Origin: the human T2T-CHM13v2.0 reference genome, Homo sapiens
DNA length: 64,000 nt
Reading direction: 5' to 3' (one strand)
Assembly (NCBI RefSeq): GCF_009914755.1
Contig: NC_060925.1
The notes under the pieces are model-generated. The model was given only the letters and a program-made list of their open reading frames with translations. It was not told the origin of the DNA and did no database searches. The position numbers were made by a program, and so were the translations under genes. Below are positions 1 to 15,469 of the stretch, in pieces (position 1 is the stretch's first letter; the number at the start of each line of letters is the position of its first letter).

Positions 1-450
1 TTTGGTTTCATTGATATATTACTGTGCTTAATTATCAGTTAGCAGAAAATACGGCCTAGTTAGCAAGCAGATTTCTTTTAGAATTAATTCAATCTCTTAA
101 TTTTTTAAAATAATTAATAAGCCTAGTATGGTGATTAATATGATATTCTTATTAAACAGTCATTCTTTTGAATACTTGTATTTAATAGCACCTGATACAA
201 AAACATTTGGATAGTACAGAAATTGTTCTAAGGAACAACAGTTTTGTACATTTAAAATTAAATCTGCAGGATTTGTACTTATTTATTACTTCTCCCTATT
301 AGTAATTATGTTGATACTCTGATTTTTCCAGATGAGCTTCTGGAGTATTCTCTCTTCTCTTGTGTAAATAGATCCCTGCCTTTTGATCTTTTCCAGGAAA
401 AAGCTCATAGTGGATTAGCTGAGCATTGCATATATTTGCAGTGCTTCTAA

Positions 451-782
<332 letters not shown>

Positions 783-1018
783 AGGAAGACCATTTTTTAA
801 AAACATGTAACATTTCTGCCTATAATCCAAGGAAGTTTGACCTATTGTTCCTAGTTTTTATTGGGTATCATGAAATTAATTATTCATGCATTTCATAGAT
901 ACGTAATTACTTTCTAGAACTACAGTCACATTCCCTTGACATGGGTATTTTGGAACAGTAATCAGTCAAATTTAAAATGAAAGTTTAAATTTGTATTCTT
1001 GGGATTTTGTAATTTTAG

Positions 1019-1231
1019 ACCCACCCAAGACTTATACCCAGGATGGTGTGTGTTTGACTGAATCAGGGAAGACTCAGTTACAGAGCCTCACAGTTACAGT
1101 TCCAAGAAGAAAACTGTCAAAACCAAAACTGAAATTGAAGATTATAAATCAGAATAGCGTGGCCGTCCTTCAGACCCCTCCAGACATCCAATCAGAACAT
1201 TCAAGGGATGGTGATATGGATGATAGTCGAG
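1019..1231 (+). pseudogene. KMT2CP: Duplicated KMT2C (MLL3) coding exon; partial unprocessed pseudogene fragment
   Basis: Acceptor TTTTAG at 1013-1018, donor G|GTAATA at 1232. The 213-bp phase-1 exon encodes DPPKTYTQDGVCLTESGKTQLQSLTVTVPRRKLSKPKLKLKIINQNSVAVLQTPPDIQSEHSRDGDMDDSR, which matches KMT2C just after the PHD cluster. The next KMT2C exon (GELMDCDGK...) was not seen downstream. Confidence 0.92.
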
Positions 1232-1726
1232 GTAATACTAATTTATTTTCCGTGAAATATGTGTGCAAGAATTACAGCATATAAAGTAACTTTTGAAATA
1301 TGTGTATGGTTTACCAAAGGGTAAATCACACTGACTTAGATAACCCCGATGTGACCCTTGCCATCTCCAAATGAGTGATCTTCTTAGACCTTGCCTTTTC
1401 GGGTTCTCTTCCTTTCACACATTTTAGAACAGACCTACCTTACAGAAATCTCAAGGAGCACCATATCTTTGAAGATCACAGGTGGGGAAATACAGAGGTC
1501 TTGACTTTAGTTTGCTAGATAACGACACAAACCTTCTCAGATACTGTGAGCTTGGATAATACCATGTTTAAGTTAAGGTAGTTGAGGCATACATTCTAGA
1601 AATGGAAAAGCTGTCATTTAATATTACTTCAGGTATAACTTCATATTCACCAGTGTGCATCATAAAGTATTGGTTTATAAACATTTTCTTAATCAAAGTA
1701 AATATAAGGTTTTTCTAGCTGAATTC

Positions 1727-1997
1727 TTTTTTTTTTTTTTTTTTTTTTTTTGGTTGGGAGACAGGGTCTTGCTCTGTTGCCCAGGTTAGAGTGCAGTGGC
1801 ATGATCTTGGCTTACTACAACCTCTGCCTACTGGGTTCATGCGACCCTCCTACCTCAGCCTCCTGAGTAGCTGGGACCATGGATGTGGGCCCCCACGCCT
1901 GGCTAATTTTTGTATTTTTTTGTAGAGATGGGGTTTTGCCATTTTGCCAAGAGTGGTCTTGAACTCCTGGGCTCAAGCCATCTGCTCTGCTCAGCCT
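1727..1997 (-). mobile_element. 5'-truncated AluJ
   Basis: PolyT tail, AluJ-type CTCCTGGGCTCAAG, TSD GCTGAATTCTT at 1718-1728 and 1998-2008. Confidence 0.85.
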
Positions 1998-2162
1998 GCT
2001 GAATTCTTGAGATAGCAAAATATTTTAATAGTAACCTAAAATCCAATATGAATTAAAGAGGATTACTGTAGGTTTCCTCATTTTTGGGGCAGTTATTTAT
2101 TTTCAACTGATTCAGAAGTGAAGTGATAATTATTTCTGTTCCATTACATTTTATTTCATAGC

Positions 2163-2302
2163 TTTTTTTTTTTTTTTTTTTTTTTAAGGGGCAGTGTCTT
2201 GTTACATTGCCCAGGCTGGTTTCCAACTCCTGGGCTCAAGTGATCCTCCTGCCTCAGCCTCTCAAGTAGCAGGTACTATAGGCATGCGCCACTGCAGCCG
2301 GC
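2163..2302 (-). mobile_element. Alu monomer (FLAM-like)
   Basis: PolyT followed by a single Alu arm. Confidence 0.75.
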
Positions 2303-2309
2303 TTTTAGA

Positions 2310-3606
<1,297 letters not shown>

Positions 3607-4729
3607 GAAAAGATATGTCTTTTGTATGTTCTTGATAATTTTTGTTTTGTAGTGTGTTTTGGGTCTATGTTGCTGGGAGAAACACTTTCTGATGCTTGTA
3701 TGTAACTGATTTTCAGATACAGTTGAACAGGTAATTTGATTTGGGGGCTTGGAGTTTGCAAAGAAGTAGTCCATATACTTGGAGGAATTGATCAGATCAG
3801 CATTAACAAGAATTTCCATTTCTGAGGATGTTAAAAAATGTCTGAAAAAGGTTTCCATAGTCTCTTAAATTTGGGAAGTGCTCCATTTCACAAAATATGA
3901 AAGGTTTCTTGATAATAGTACACATTGTTTCCCAAATTATGTGATTATAATACCTTTTAAAAACAACACAGAAGATCTTGGAAGGTTTTCCTTGTGACTT
4001 ACCACTTGTAAACACTGAGAAATGGTGATATGTTTCAATTTCATATTTTCTCATTGACTCGTATCATGGTAAAAGAAAATCAGTTGAAAAATTACCCTTG
4101 CTTTTTTAAAATTTACGTGATAAAATAGCCCATCTGAATTTACTGAATTTGTCTTTATTTTTATTGAATATGAAAAAAGATTGTTTAGTGTGTTAGATGT
4201 TAAATGCTAAGACAATTTTAGAATTTAAGGAATTGAATATACAGTATTTTCATGACTAGTCCCTCACGTTCCTTTACATGCCAGGATCTCACATCCTTTG
4301 CAGAAGGAAAGGTACATTCCTAGGGATAAAATAAATGCATGTTACTTGGACAACATTTTTGCTTTCTGTTTGCTAAATAAAAATCCTTTTTAAAAATTTA
4401 GTATTGCCAAACTTTGCCATATTAAAAATGTTCTAGATTACTATATTATCCTGAAACTACATGTACACACACACCACTAAAATAAGTTTTATGGTATTTC
4501 ATATGCCTGTACGGGAGAAAAAATAGGAAAAGAATACAATCATCATAAGTTCTTATTATTACATTATGCTGAGATTTCTAATAACGCTGCCCTTTTCTGG
4601 GTATTTTGTATTAAACCTAAAATTTGTGATGTTTTAGACTGTTTCACTAACATGTTTTGATAACGTCTCAGTACCCTTGGGAAAGCATTATAAAGTAGTG
4701 GGCAATGATGAAACCTACTCTGGATGTTT

Positions 4730-4895
4730 TTAGGCAAATTTTTTAACTTCTCTGATTCTAGTGTTCTCTTTTATAAAATAGGTGAACCAGGATGAGCCCA
4801 TAGGATAGTTGTGCTGATGAGGTGCAAGGATGCATGCCAGGCACCCAGCACTGGCTCTTCCCAGACATGGAGTGCTCAGTAATCGTGAGCTATTA
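4730..4895 (+). mobile_element. MIR fragment
   Basis: MIR core-like GGCAAATTTTTTAACTTCTCTG...TATAAAATAGG. Confidence 0.5.
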
Positions 4896-6029
4896 GAATA
4901 CAGGTGCCCAACCAGTGCTTGAGCAATTGTGTTCTGTGTCCAACAGAACTCAACAGAATCCCACGTTTGTCTTTATATGTGAATTCAGTTCCTTTTGAGT
5001 TAGTAAGAAATTTTGCCTGTGTTGGGGTAATTGAACTTTCAGGAGGAGGGAATTGTCTGCCACAATTATTCTCTGAACTTAATGTTTCCATGTCTTTTTC
5101 TTCATTTTGGAAGTTGTGGAAAAATTATAATGAAAGAGTATATAAACGTTTTCCTCTGTATTATAGCGTATCTGACAGTTTCCTTTATTAAAAAGTACGA
5201 TACATTAGGGAGAGACTTAATGAATTTAAAATTAAAGTTTGAAAAGTGTTATTGACTATAAGTGATCTTCAGCTGTGCAGTTTTCAACTTGAGGTTGTCA
5301 GAATGTAATATTACACATTATATTACACACATCTACAGAATCCAAATTGTGATGTTCCTGGAGTATTGGAACAATACCTATGACTTTTTGTTTCTATTGA
5401 TTTTTAACTCTTCTAATAACCACTTCTTTAAGAAAAGTCATACATCATCACTTTGGTGTATCAGAAACAAATTCCTTATGCAATAAAAGCATACTTCTTT
5501 CTCATTCACCTACTGGGATCTAGAAACCCTGTTAATGCAAGAAAAAATCCCAAACCTCAATAAAATAACACTCTGTTTGTCTGAAGAGTGGAAACACAAC
5601 ACATTTCCTCTCAACTGGTGGTCCCAGATCGACCATCACAGTGTATGGATGTGTTTGGAGGTGTGGGAATAGGACTGCTCTGAGGCTCTAGAAGGCCAGC
5701 AGGTTGGGCAGACTGAATGGAGGGAGGGGACTGGCATTCAGTAACTACTGGAGCGTGGGAAGAGTGAGGTAGACTGTCCATCTGGTGAAGGTGGCTGCTT
5801 CCTTGAGGTTTGTTACTTTCTGTAATGTTAATTCCCTCAACTTTTAAAATTTGATTTTTAGACAAGTTATACATTCAAATGATTTAAAATTGGAAAATAA
5901 TAAAAAGGTAAACAGTGAAGTCTCTCCCTTTCCCCTGCCTTCATGCCCCCAGTTTGCATCTCCAGAAACCTCAGAGGTTTCTCGTGTAACTTTCCAGATG
6001 TGTTTTATGCATGTACAAGGAAATGTGTG

Positions 6030-6520
<491 letters not shown>

Positions 6521-7160
6521 TTCTTTCAATCTTTTACTGTGAATAGTACAATGAATCACCTGGTATATTTATAATGTTGTAGGTAAGTGGGCCTGCAAAG
6601 GTGAATTCCATGCTAAATCCAAAGACATAATGCATTTGAAACTGTTTTTGGCAGGTAGGATACAGTTTTTTGTTTTTTTCTTCATTTATTTTTATTATAC
6701 ATATCTGAGGTATACAACATGCTTTGTATACATAGTGAAATGATTACTATGGTCAAACAAATGTCTGTATCCTTCACCTTCCATAGTTACTCTCTGTGTA
6801 TGTACACCTAAAATCTCTTTCAGCAAATTTTCAGTACACAATATTATTAACTATGGTTCTCATGCTGTGTATTAATTTGATCTCTAGAATTATTCATCTT
6901 ACCTAACTGCAGATTTGTACCCTCCGACCTACTTCTGCCCATCCCACCCATCCCCTACCTCCAGACTCTTGATAACCACCATTCTACTCTCTATACATTC
7001 AGCTTCTCACCCCCCGGCCTCCCATTCTGCTTCTTAAGTGAGATCATACAGTATTTTTCTGTGTCTGGCTTACTTTATTTAGCATACTTTCCTCCCGGTT
7101 CATCCATGTTGTCACAAATGGCAGTATCTCCTTTCTTAAAGCTAACTATTCCATTGTATA

Positions 7161-7362
7161 AAGTCCTCATTGTCATCAGTAAGTTCTTAGAAACTGTGGT
7201 TAAGAGGGGAAAAAAAGTATGACAAAACTGATTTTTTTTTTCATTTTGCATTATGCCAAAATTAGATTGAAGGAAACAGTGTTACTTGAGGACCTGCTGT
7301 ATGTTCATTTAGCTTAACGTCTCAGTTCCCAAGAACCTATTGATGACATTAAGGGAGGACTT
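7161..7362. mobile_element. Tigger-family MITE (MER6-like)
   Basis: Terminal inverted repeats AAGTCCTC...AAGTTCTTAGAAACTG and CAGTTCCCAAGAACCTATTGATGAC...GAGGACTT. Confidence 0.65.
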
Positions 7363-8616
7363 AATATATGTATAAACAAATGTCACAATTTCTTTATCCA
7401 TTCATCTGTCCTTGAATGGGTAAGTAAATTGTCCATTAGGACACTTAGTTTGTTTCCATGTCTTGGCTATTGGGAGTAATGCCGCCATGAACGTGGGAAT
7501 CCAGATGTCTCTCTCAGATGCTGATTTTATTACCTTTGAATATATGCCCAACAGAGGCATTGTTGGATCTTATGGTAGTTGTATTTTTTTTAAGGAAACT
7601 CTATACTGTTTTCAATAATGGCTATACTAATTTACATTCCTATCAACCATGTACAAAGGTTTCATTTTCTACACATCCTCACCAACACTTATGTCTTTGC
7701 CTTTTTGTTAATAGTCATTCTAAGAGACACGAGATGATATCTATTGTGGTTTTAATTTTCATTTTCCTCATGATTATGATATTGAGCATCTTTTCATATA
7801 CCATTTGACCATTTGTGTGACTTTGGAAAAATGGCTATTCAGGTCCTTGCCTATTTTAAAATCCAGTTATTTGGGGATTTTTTTTTTTGCTACTGAGTTG
7901 TGTGAGTTCCTTATATGTTTTGGATTTTAACCCCTTATCAGATGTGTGGTTTGCCAATATTTTCCCCTAATCCCTGTGCTACCTTTTTACCCCATTTTTT
8001 TTTATTGCTATGCAGAAGCTTATTTGCTTGATGTGGTCCCACTTGCTTATTTTTGCTTTTGCTGCCTGAGCTTTTGGTGTGATATCCAAAAAATCATTGT
8101 CAAGGAGGATATTAAGGAGTTTTTCTCCTATATTTCCTTCTAGGAGTTTTATGGTTTCAGGTGTTAGGTATTTAATCTATTTGAGTTGCTTTTTATGTAT
8201 GATGTGTAAGATAGGCATCAGGTCCAGTTTCATTCTTTTGCATATAGATATCTAGTTTTCTTACCACTACTTATTGAAGACACCATCTTTTCCCTATTGT
8301 ATCTTATTGGACTTGTCAAAAATCAGCTCATAATATATGTTTGGGTTTATTTTTGGGCTCTGTATTCAGTTCCATTGATCCATGTGTCTGCTTTTATGCC
8401 AGTACCATACGTTTTGATAACTATCACTTTGTAATATAAGTTGAAATCAGGTAGTGTGATACCTTCTACTTTGTTTTTCTTTCTCAAGATTCTTTTGGCT
8501 ATTCAGGGTCTTTTATGATTTAATACAAATTTTAGAATTGTGTTTTCTATTTTTGTAAAAAATGCCTTTGGAAATTTGATAGGGATTGCATTGAATCTGT
8601 AGATCACTTTGGATAG

Positions 8617-9038
<422 letters not shown>

Positions 9039-9630
9039 TAAAGCTTTCACTTCCTTCATTAAATTTGTTTCTCGGTGTTTTATTCTTTTTGATGTTATTT
9101 TAAGTGGAAATGTTTTCTTGATTTTTTTTCAGATCATTATTTGTATAAAGAAATGCATCTGATTTTTGTATGTTGATTTTGTATCCTGCTACTTGACTGA
9201 ATTCATTTATTCTAGTAACTGTGGAATTTTTAGGGGTTTCTACATACAGGATCATGTCATCTGCACACAGGGATAATTTTACCCCCTTTTTTCTGCTGAT
9301 GCCTTTTATTTCCTTTTCTTATGTGATTGCTCTGGCTAGGACTATGGTGAATATAAGTGTTAAGAGTAGGCATCCTTGCCTTGTAGCAGATATTGAAGAA
9401 AAGCTTTCAGTCTTTCCCTGTTTTGTAGGTTTGTTTTTGAATAGGCAATACCTGTGCATGATACAAGAAATACAAAGGTCTTAAAAAGAGTGAACAATGT
9501 TAAGTTAGCCTACCTTTTGGCCATCCCTTCCTTGGAAAGAACCAGTGTTTTCTTATAACTTTCCAGAGATTAGTCATCTAGATACAAGTATGTATATATG
9601 GGAGAATTTCTCATATTTGGGTGATATGGT

Positions 9631-9930
<300 letters not shown>

Positions 9931-11249
9931 TGATCATGAAACACACTGAGGGTGTTTCATCAGGGAAGTGACAGGAGCATAGTCACATTCAGGAAAGATC
10001 ACTGCCTCTGGGAAGACAGAGGGTCAGGGCAGAGCCTGGAGGCCAGGAGAGTGCCACCTTCAAACAGGGTGGAGGAGGCACAATTCTGGACAGGGATGTC
10101 CATGGCCAGAGGAGTGATCCAGCTCCTAGAAGATGAGGAGAGACCGAAGGTGAGGATGGCTCTTCAGTTTCAGGTTTAGGCACCTGGACAGATGGTCTTG
10201 CCTTCTCCAGCGGCAGAAAGCACTGAAGGGGAAAGAGGTTGGGGGAAGGGACTGTGTAGGCTGAGCAGCCTAAGTCTGAGAAGCTGGGCCACTTGCAGGT
10301 GTTGGTCCAGGGTGCAAGTGCATTTGGTGAAGGGGGAGACTAGGAAGGGAGGAGAAAGTCTAGTCTGTTACTAGACCTCACCATGCTGCAGGTGTCTGGG
10401 CCAGCAGGTCGCAGCCGGAGCTGTGCAGCTGGCTGCTGTCACATCCCTTTCTCTCCCAGCTGCCTTCAGCTGAGCTTAACGCCAGCAGAGGCCGAAACAC
10501 TTCACAAATGCAACTTGTCAGCTGGGAGGTGCACTCAGAGCTCAGGAACACTGTTTTCCCTCTTTATTGTTTTCCATCATTTTTTTTTTTCAGTCTGGGT
10601 TTTGGGCCCCGTCAGTTCCTTTTCTGTTCAACACTGAGCTATGTATCCACCCCTCTCAAGGTTGAAAAAGAGAAAGACTGTAAAAGTGCCCTGCAAAGAA
10701 GAGGCTTCCAACTCTCTGGGGGTGGGGGGGGGTGGGGGGCTCTCTTCCTCCTCTTGTCTTCTGGGTTCATTCCAAATTATTCCCCAAAGGAAAAATCACT
10801 GAAGGACTGGGGGCGGTGGTGGGGAAAAGGACAGTCTCCCAAGAGGTCAGGTGAAGCCCCAGCCTCATGGTGTTGAGGGAGGGGCTGGGGGAAGCGGGAG
10901 CCTGTTCCTAGGAGACACTGTCTACTGGACACCTCATCCTAGAAGGCTTCCCTGAGTTCTGACACTGTTCTAGGAGTAGGAATCATTATCCCACGCTGTG
11001 GAGAAGGAAACCAAGGCCGGGTAAAGTAATGTAGGGCCCTTAAAGTTGCAGAGCCAGGAATAAAGTCCGGATTGGGACTCAGGTCTGTGGGCAATCCAAG
11101 GCCGTCCCCTTTACACTTCAAATGCTCTTTCCCCCTCCGGAAGCCCTCGCGTCCTCATCCCTACCCCACCTCTTGTTCCCCAAGCGTGGCTAGGGCTAGG
11201 GCTCCAGGGCTACACCAAGCACCCTTCGGTCTTCCCGGGAAGAATTTTC

Positions 11250-11829
11250 CCCGGCCCGGGGCTAGGGTCTGGCGCTGGGGCGCTCCTGGGACCTGCGGGA
11301 TCACCACTACACTCTGGCGCGCCGAGCGCGGTGAGCTAGGGCGCCAAGGCACAGGTGGGGCTGGAGTCCAGCGCGGAGGCGCGGGGGGCGGGACGCGGGG
11401 CCGGGGAGCGGCCAGGGACCGCGGCAGCGCCGCAGTGCCAGCCCGGCGCTGGCGACTGCCTGCCCCAGCCCCTCAGTGGCGGCTTGCTCTCTTCTCTCGC
11501 TCCGAACCAGACACAGCCGCTGTCGCTGCCATGTGGCGCGCCGCAGACTCCCGAGAACAGCCCTGGCTGTCAGCGGGCACCAGCCGCTTCCTGTGCCCAT
11601 CGCGTAGACTGGAGGGGCGCACCACGGCCACCGAGCCAGAGGCGCTTCAGGAAGCAAGAGAAGTCCCCGCGCGCTCCGGGACCCGGCGCAGCTCATGGTG
11701 AGCGCCCTCTAGGGCTCGAGGGTCCCTTGGCTGAGGGGGCGCATCCTCGGGGTGCCCGATGGGGCTGCCTGGGGGTCGCAGGGCTGTAGTTGGGATCGCG
11801 CACAAACCGACTCTGCGGCCCAGCCCGAA
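11250..11829 (+). promoter_or_regulatory. CpG island / DRD5-derived promoter and 5' leader
   Basis: Very high GC and CpG density; GC boxes such as GGGGGCGGGACGCGGGGCCGGGG at ~11384-11406; CpG richness continues through the pseudo-CDS. Confidence 0.8.
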
Positions 11830-13273
11830 ATGCTGCCGCCAAGGAGCAACGGCACCGCGTACCCGGGGCAGTTAGCGCTGTACCAGCAGCTGGCGCAGGG
11901 GAATGCCGTGGGGGGCTCGGCGGGGGCACCGCCACTGGGGCCCGTGCAGGTGGTCACCGCCTGCCTGCTGACCCTACTCATCATCTGGACCTTGCTGGGC
12001 AACGTGCTGGTGTCCGCAGCCATCGTGCGGAGCCGCCACCTGCGCGCCAAGATGACCAACGTCTTCATCGTGTCTCTACCTGTGTCAGACCTCTTCGTGG
12101 CGCTGCTGGTCATGTCCTGGAAGGCAGTCGCCGAGGTGGCCGGTTACTGGCCCTTTGAAGCGTTCTGCGACGTCTGGGTGGCCTTCGACATCATGTGCTC
12201 CACCGCCTCCATCCTGAACCTGTGCGTCAGCAGGTCATCAGCGTGGCCCGCTACTGGGCCATCTCCAGGCCCTTCCGCTACGAGCGCAAGATGACCCAGC
12301 GCATGGCCTTGGTCATGGTCCGCCCGGCCTGGACCTTGTCCAGCCTCATCTCCTTCATTCCGGTCCAGCTCAACTGGCACAGGGACCAGGCGGTCTCTTG
12401 AGGTGGGCTGGACCTGCCAAACAACCTGGCCAACTGGACGCCCTGGGAGGAGGCCGTTTGGGAGCCCGACGTGAGGGCAGAGAACTGTGACTCCAGCCTG
12501 AATCGAACCTACGCCATCTCTTCCTCGCTCATCAGCTTCTACATCCCCATGGCCATCATGATCGTGACCTACACGCGCATCTACCGCATCGCCCAGGTGC
12601 AGATCCGCAGGATTTCCTCCCTGGAGAGGGCCGCAGAGCACGTGCAGAGCTGCCGGAGCAGCGCAGGCTGCGCGCCCGACACCAGCCTGCGGTTTTCCAT
12701 CAAGAAGGAGACCGAGGTTCTCAAGACCCTGTCGGTGATCATGGGGGTCTTCGTGTGTTGCTGGCTGCCCTTCTTCATCCTTAACTGCATGGTCCCTTTC
12801 TGCAGTGGACACCCCAAAGGCCCTCCGGCCGGCTTCCCCTGCGTCAGTGAGACCACATTCGACGTCTTCATCTGGTTCTGCTGGGCCAACTCCTCACTCA
12901 ACCCAGTCACTATGCCTTCAACGCCGACTTCCGGAAGGTGTTTGCCCAGCTGCTGGGGTGCAGCCACGTCTGCTCCCGCACGCCGGTGGAGACGGTGAAC
13001 ATCAGCAATGAGCTCATCTCCTACAACCAAGACACGGTCTTCCACAAGGAAATCGCAGCTGCCTACATCCACATGATGCCCAACGCCGTTCCCCCCGGGG
13101 ACCGGGAGGTGGACAACGATGAGGAGGAGGAGAGTCCTTTCGATCGCATGTCCCAGATCTATCAGACATCCCCAGATGGTGACCCTGTTGCAGAGTCTGT
13201 CTGAGAGCTGGACTGCGAGGGGGAGATTTCTTTAGACAAAATAACACCTTTCACCCCAAATGGATTCCATTAA
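11830..13273 (+). pseudogene. DRD5P1/DRD5P2: Dopamine receptor D5 pseudogene (single-exon, duplicated)
   Basis: Begins [14 protein letters not shown]..., ends ...ISLDKITPFTPNGFH* (TAA 13271-13273). Lesions: 8-bp insertion at 12226-12233 (frameshift, stop at 12292-12294, 154 aa); DRY changed to ARY; TGA at 12399-12401; 1-bp deletion in NPVIY at ~12909; one extra GAG codon; TGA at 13202-13204. Length 1444 = 1434+8-1+3. Confidence 0.97.
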
Positions 13274-13540
13274 ACTGCATTAAGAAACCCCCTCATGGAT
13301 CTGCATAACCACACAGACATTGACAAGCATGCACACACAAGCAAATACATGGCTTTCCAGTACTGCTCCCTTTATCATGTGTTTCTGTGTAGTAGCTGGT
13401 GTGCTTAGAAACCTCACCCCATTGATTGATAGTTCAAAGAATTGGCAGAAGCAGTTGCAATAAACTCAGTCAAATGTACCCAGCCTACCAGAGATGGAAC
13501 AATGATCCTGTGAGAGAAGAGAGTATGGTGCTGGCTCCTT

Positions 13541-13564
13541 AAAAAAAAAAAAAAAAAAAAAAAA
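13541..13564. repeat. PolyA tract in the DRD5-derived 3'UTR
   Basis: 24 A residues. Confidence 0.9.
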
Positions 13565-13810
13565 GATACTTGGTCCTTAAAAAATATGCTCTCCCCTCCC
13601 TTTTTAAACAAATGGCTTTTTCAGTCACTTGTTTGTGTTTGAATTGATTTTTAAACAGCAGGTTTTGTGTGTGTGCAGTGATGTGGTGGGAGCACAGCTT
13701 TCCTGGGTCTGGATTCCCGTGGCTTTGTGCTTGTGTCATTTCTTCTCTCTGTGCTGGTGGGGGTCTCTTTACCATAGCTTAAGAAGTCTCCCTGATTTAT
13801 TCTGGTATCT

Positions 13811-13816
13811 AATAAA
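13811..13816 (+). terminator. Candidate polyadenylation signal of the DRD5 pseudogene
   Basis: AATAAA ~540 bp after the ancestral stop, followed by a GT/T-rich downstream element. Confidence 0.65.
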
Positions 13817-15469
13817 CACAGATTATTTGTATTATGTGGTGACTATCTTTGCTTTGCTACACTGGGTTTCAGGATTGCTTCTGAAGAAACGATGAGTGCA
13901 TCCTTAAAATGCAAAGAAGACATTTGCTGGGTCTGGAAGTACATGCTTATTCTCTTTACAGTTTGGCCTTAAAGATACACCAGGGCAAAGGACCTTGAGG
14001 AGCTTCTGTTTTCTCAGGTTTCTTTTTATTACTTATACACATGTTGGGTCTGTGCTGAAACCTGGCTTCAATGGCATGGCATTAGATCTTCTCAAGCCCA
14101 GATTTTTTTTTTCATTTGGAATCTTTTTTGAAGTAACATGAGACAACTCTCCTTATTCCTAGACAGATGCGATCAGTTCATTGAAAAGTTCATGTAGAAT
14201 AATATCTTGAATCTTTCTCCATCTGAAATCTGTAGCATGTTTTAGAATCACATGGCTTTTGAGAAATCCTGTTTTCTGAAGGGCTTTGAAATGTGTGAAT
14301 CAAGATGCTTTAAAAAAGAAATCTATTTTTAAATAGGCATTTTCCTTAGTGGACAATAGCAAATAGAGAAATGCTTTTTAACTAAAATGTAGAAGCCAGA
14401 GATGAAATGTGAATGAACTTGAAATTGGAAAATCTGTAGGTCGAGGTGCTCAATAGAAAAGCCCAGCTGACTCCAATCATTTTGTTTTTCCTCTCTGCAG
14501 TGTGCACAGTCAAGGGGAGTGTTTTATTCCAGACCCACACCAGTTGAGAGCATAGTATTACCATCAGATCTAAATATGAGCACTATTAATGGAAGCAAAT
14601 GAAATGTGAATATGCAATTTCTTGCAAGTCCCTGCTTTGAAGCAGTTTTATCAAGGACAGTTCAATCAATTTTGATCTCTCTAAGGCTAATTTTATTGTC
14701 AGTCTTCTGTGCAGCCAACTGCAAAATGTGCAGCTCCTGGCACATCGTACTTAATAAATATTTGTTGAATGAATGACTATTCTGGAATAGTGAGATTGAA
14801 AGCAAATCCTATTCGGTACATCAATTTTTATATATAATTTAGTCAAAATGATACTGGAATCTGAGGCCCGTGTTCAGTTTCTGACCTCCTGTGAATGGAT
14901 AGCTAAGTGAACCATTAGGCAACATTAGGGGCAGTGAAAAGCACACAGCTCTACGATTCAGGAGATGGTCGCATGACCTTGAGTGAGTCAATTAACCTTT
15001 CTGGGCCTCATTTTCTGTCTGTGTCTGTAAATGGAAGGACTTCAGCTGGATCACTGTTTACCCAATTGTGCTTTGTGATGCAGATGTTAATGGATGGGGT
15101 CTCTGGTGAAATAAGTTCAGCAAACCCAGGTTCAACACCTGTTTTCTCGATAGGACTTCTTAGAGCTTCTCCTGTGCATGATGCATCCTCCAGTGCGAGA
15201 AGATTCTGTATCATTTCCCAATGCCATTCACTTTGTGAACCTTGTTTGGTGGAATTCCTGTTACTGTTTCACTGGAGTCCACAGTCACTACTTGAGAAAC
15301 TCAAATCTAACTGATCTGGAAGTCTTTACAATATTCTGTTCTAAAGCATGGGTTGCTATAAGCAAAATCTTTTGTGAAAAACACTGTTCTAGGCTCCAGT
15401 TTAAATAAGTTCTGTGTTATGGAAAATGGGTTATGTGAGGACTTTGGAATTTCCTTCTGTAAAATATCA

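Noticed and set aside
11072-11789. ORFs of 129-209 aa in the CpG island
   Set aside because: Stop-codon depletion in very GC-rich DNA; low-complexity G/A/R/P content
12226-12233. The 8-bp insertion reads GTCAGCAG, i.e. GT...AG, and removing it restores the DRD5 frame
   Set aside because: Far too short for spliceosomal removal, and the downstream TGA (12399) and frameshift (~12909) would still disable the receptor
12144-13072. Antisense ORFs of 222 and 163 aa over DRD5P
   Set aside because: Expected shadow ORFs of a GC3-rich coding sequence; no independent protein signature
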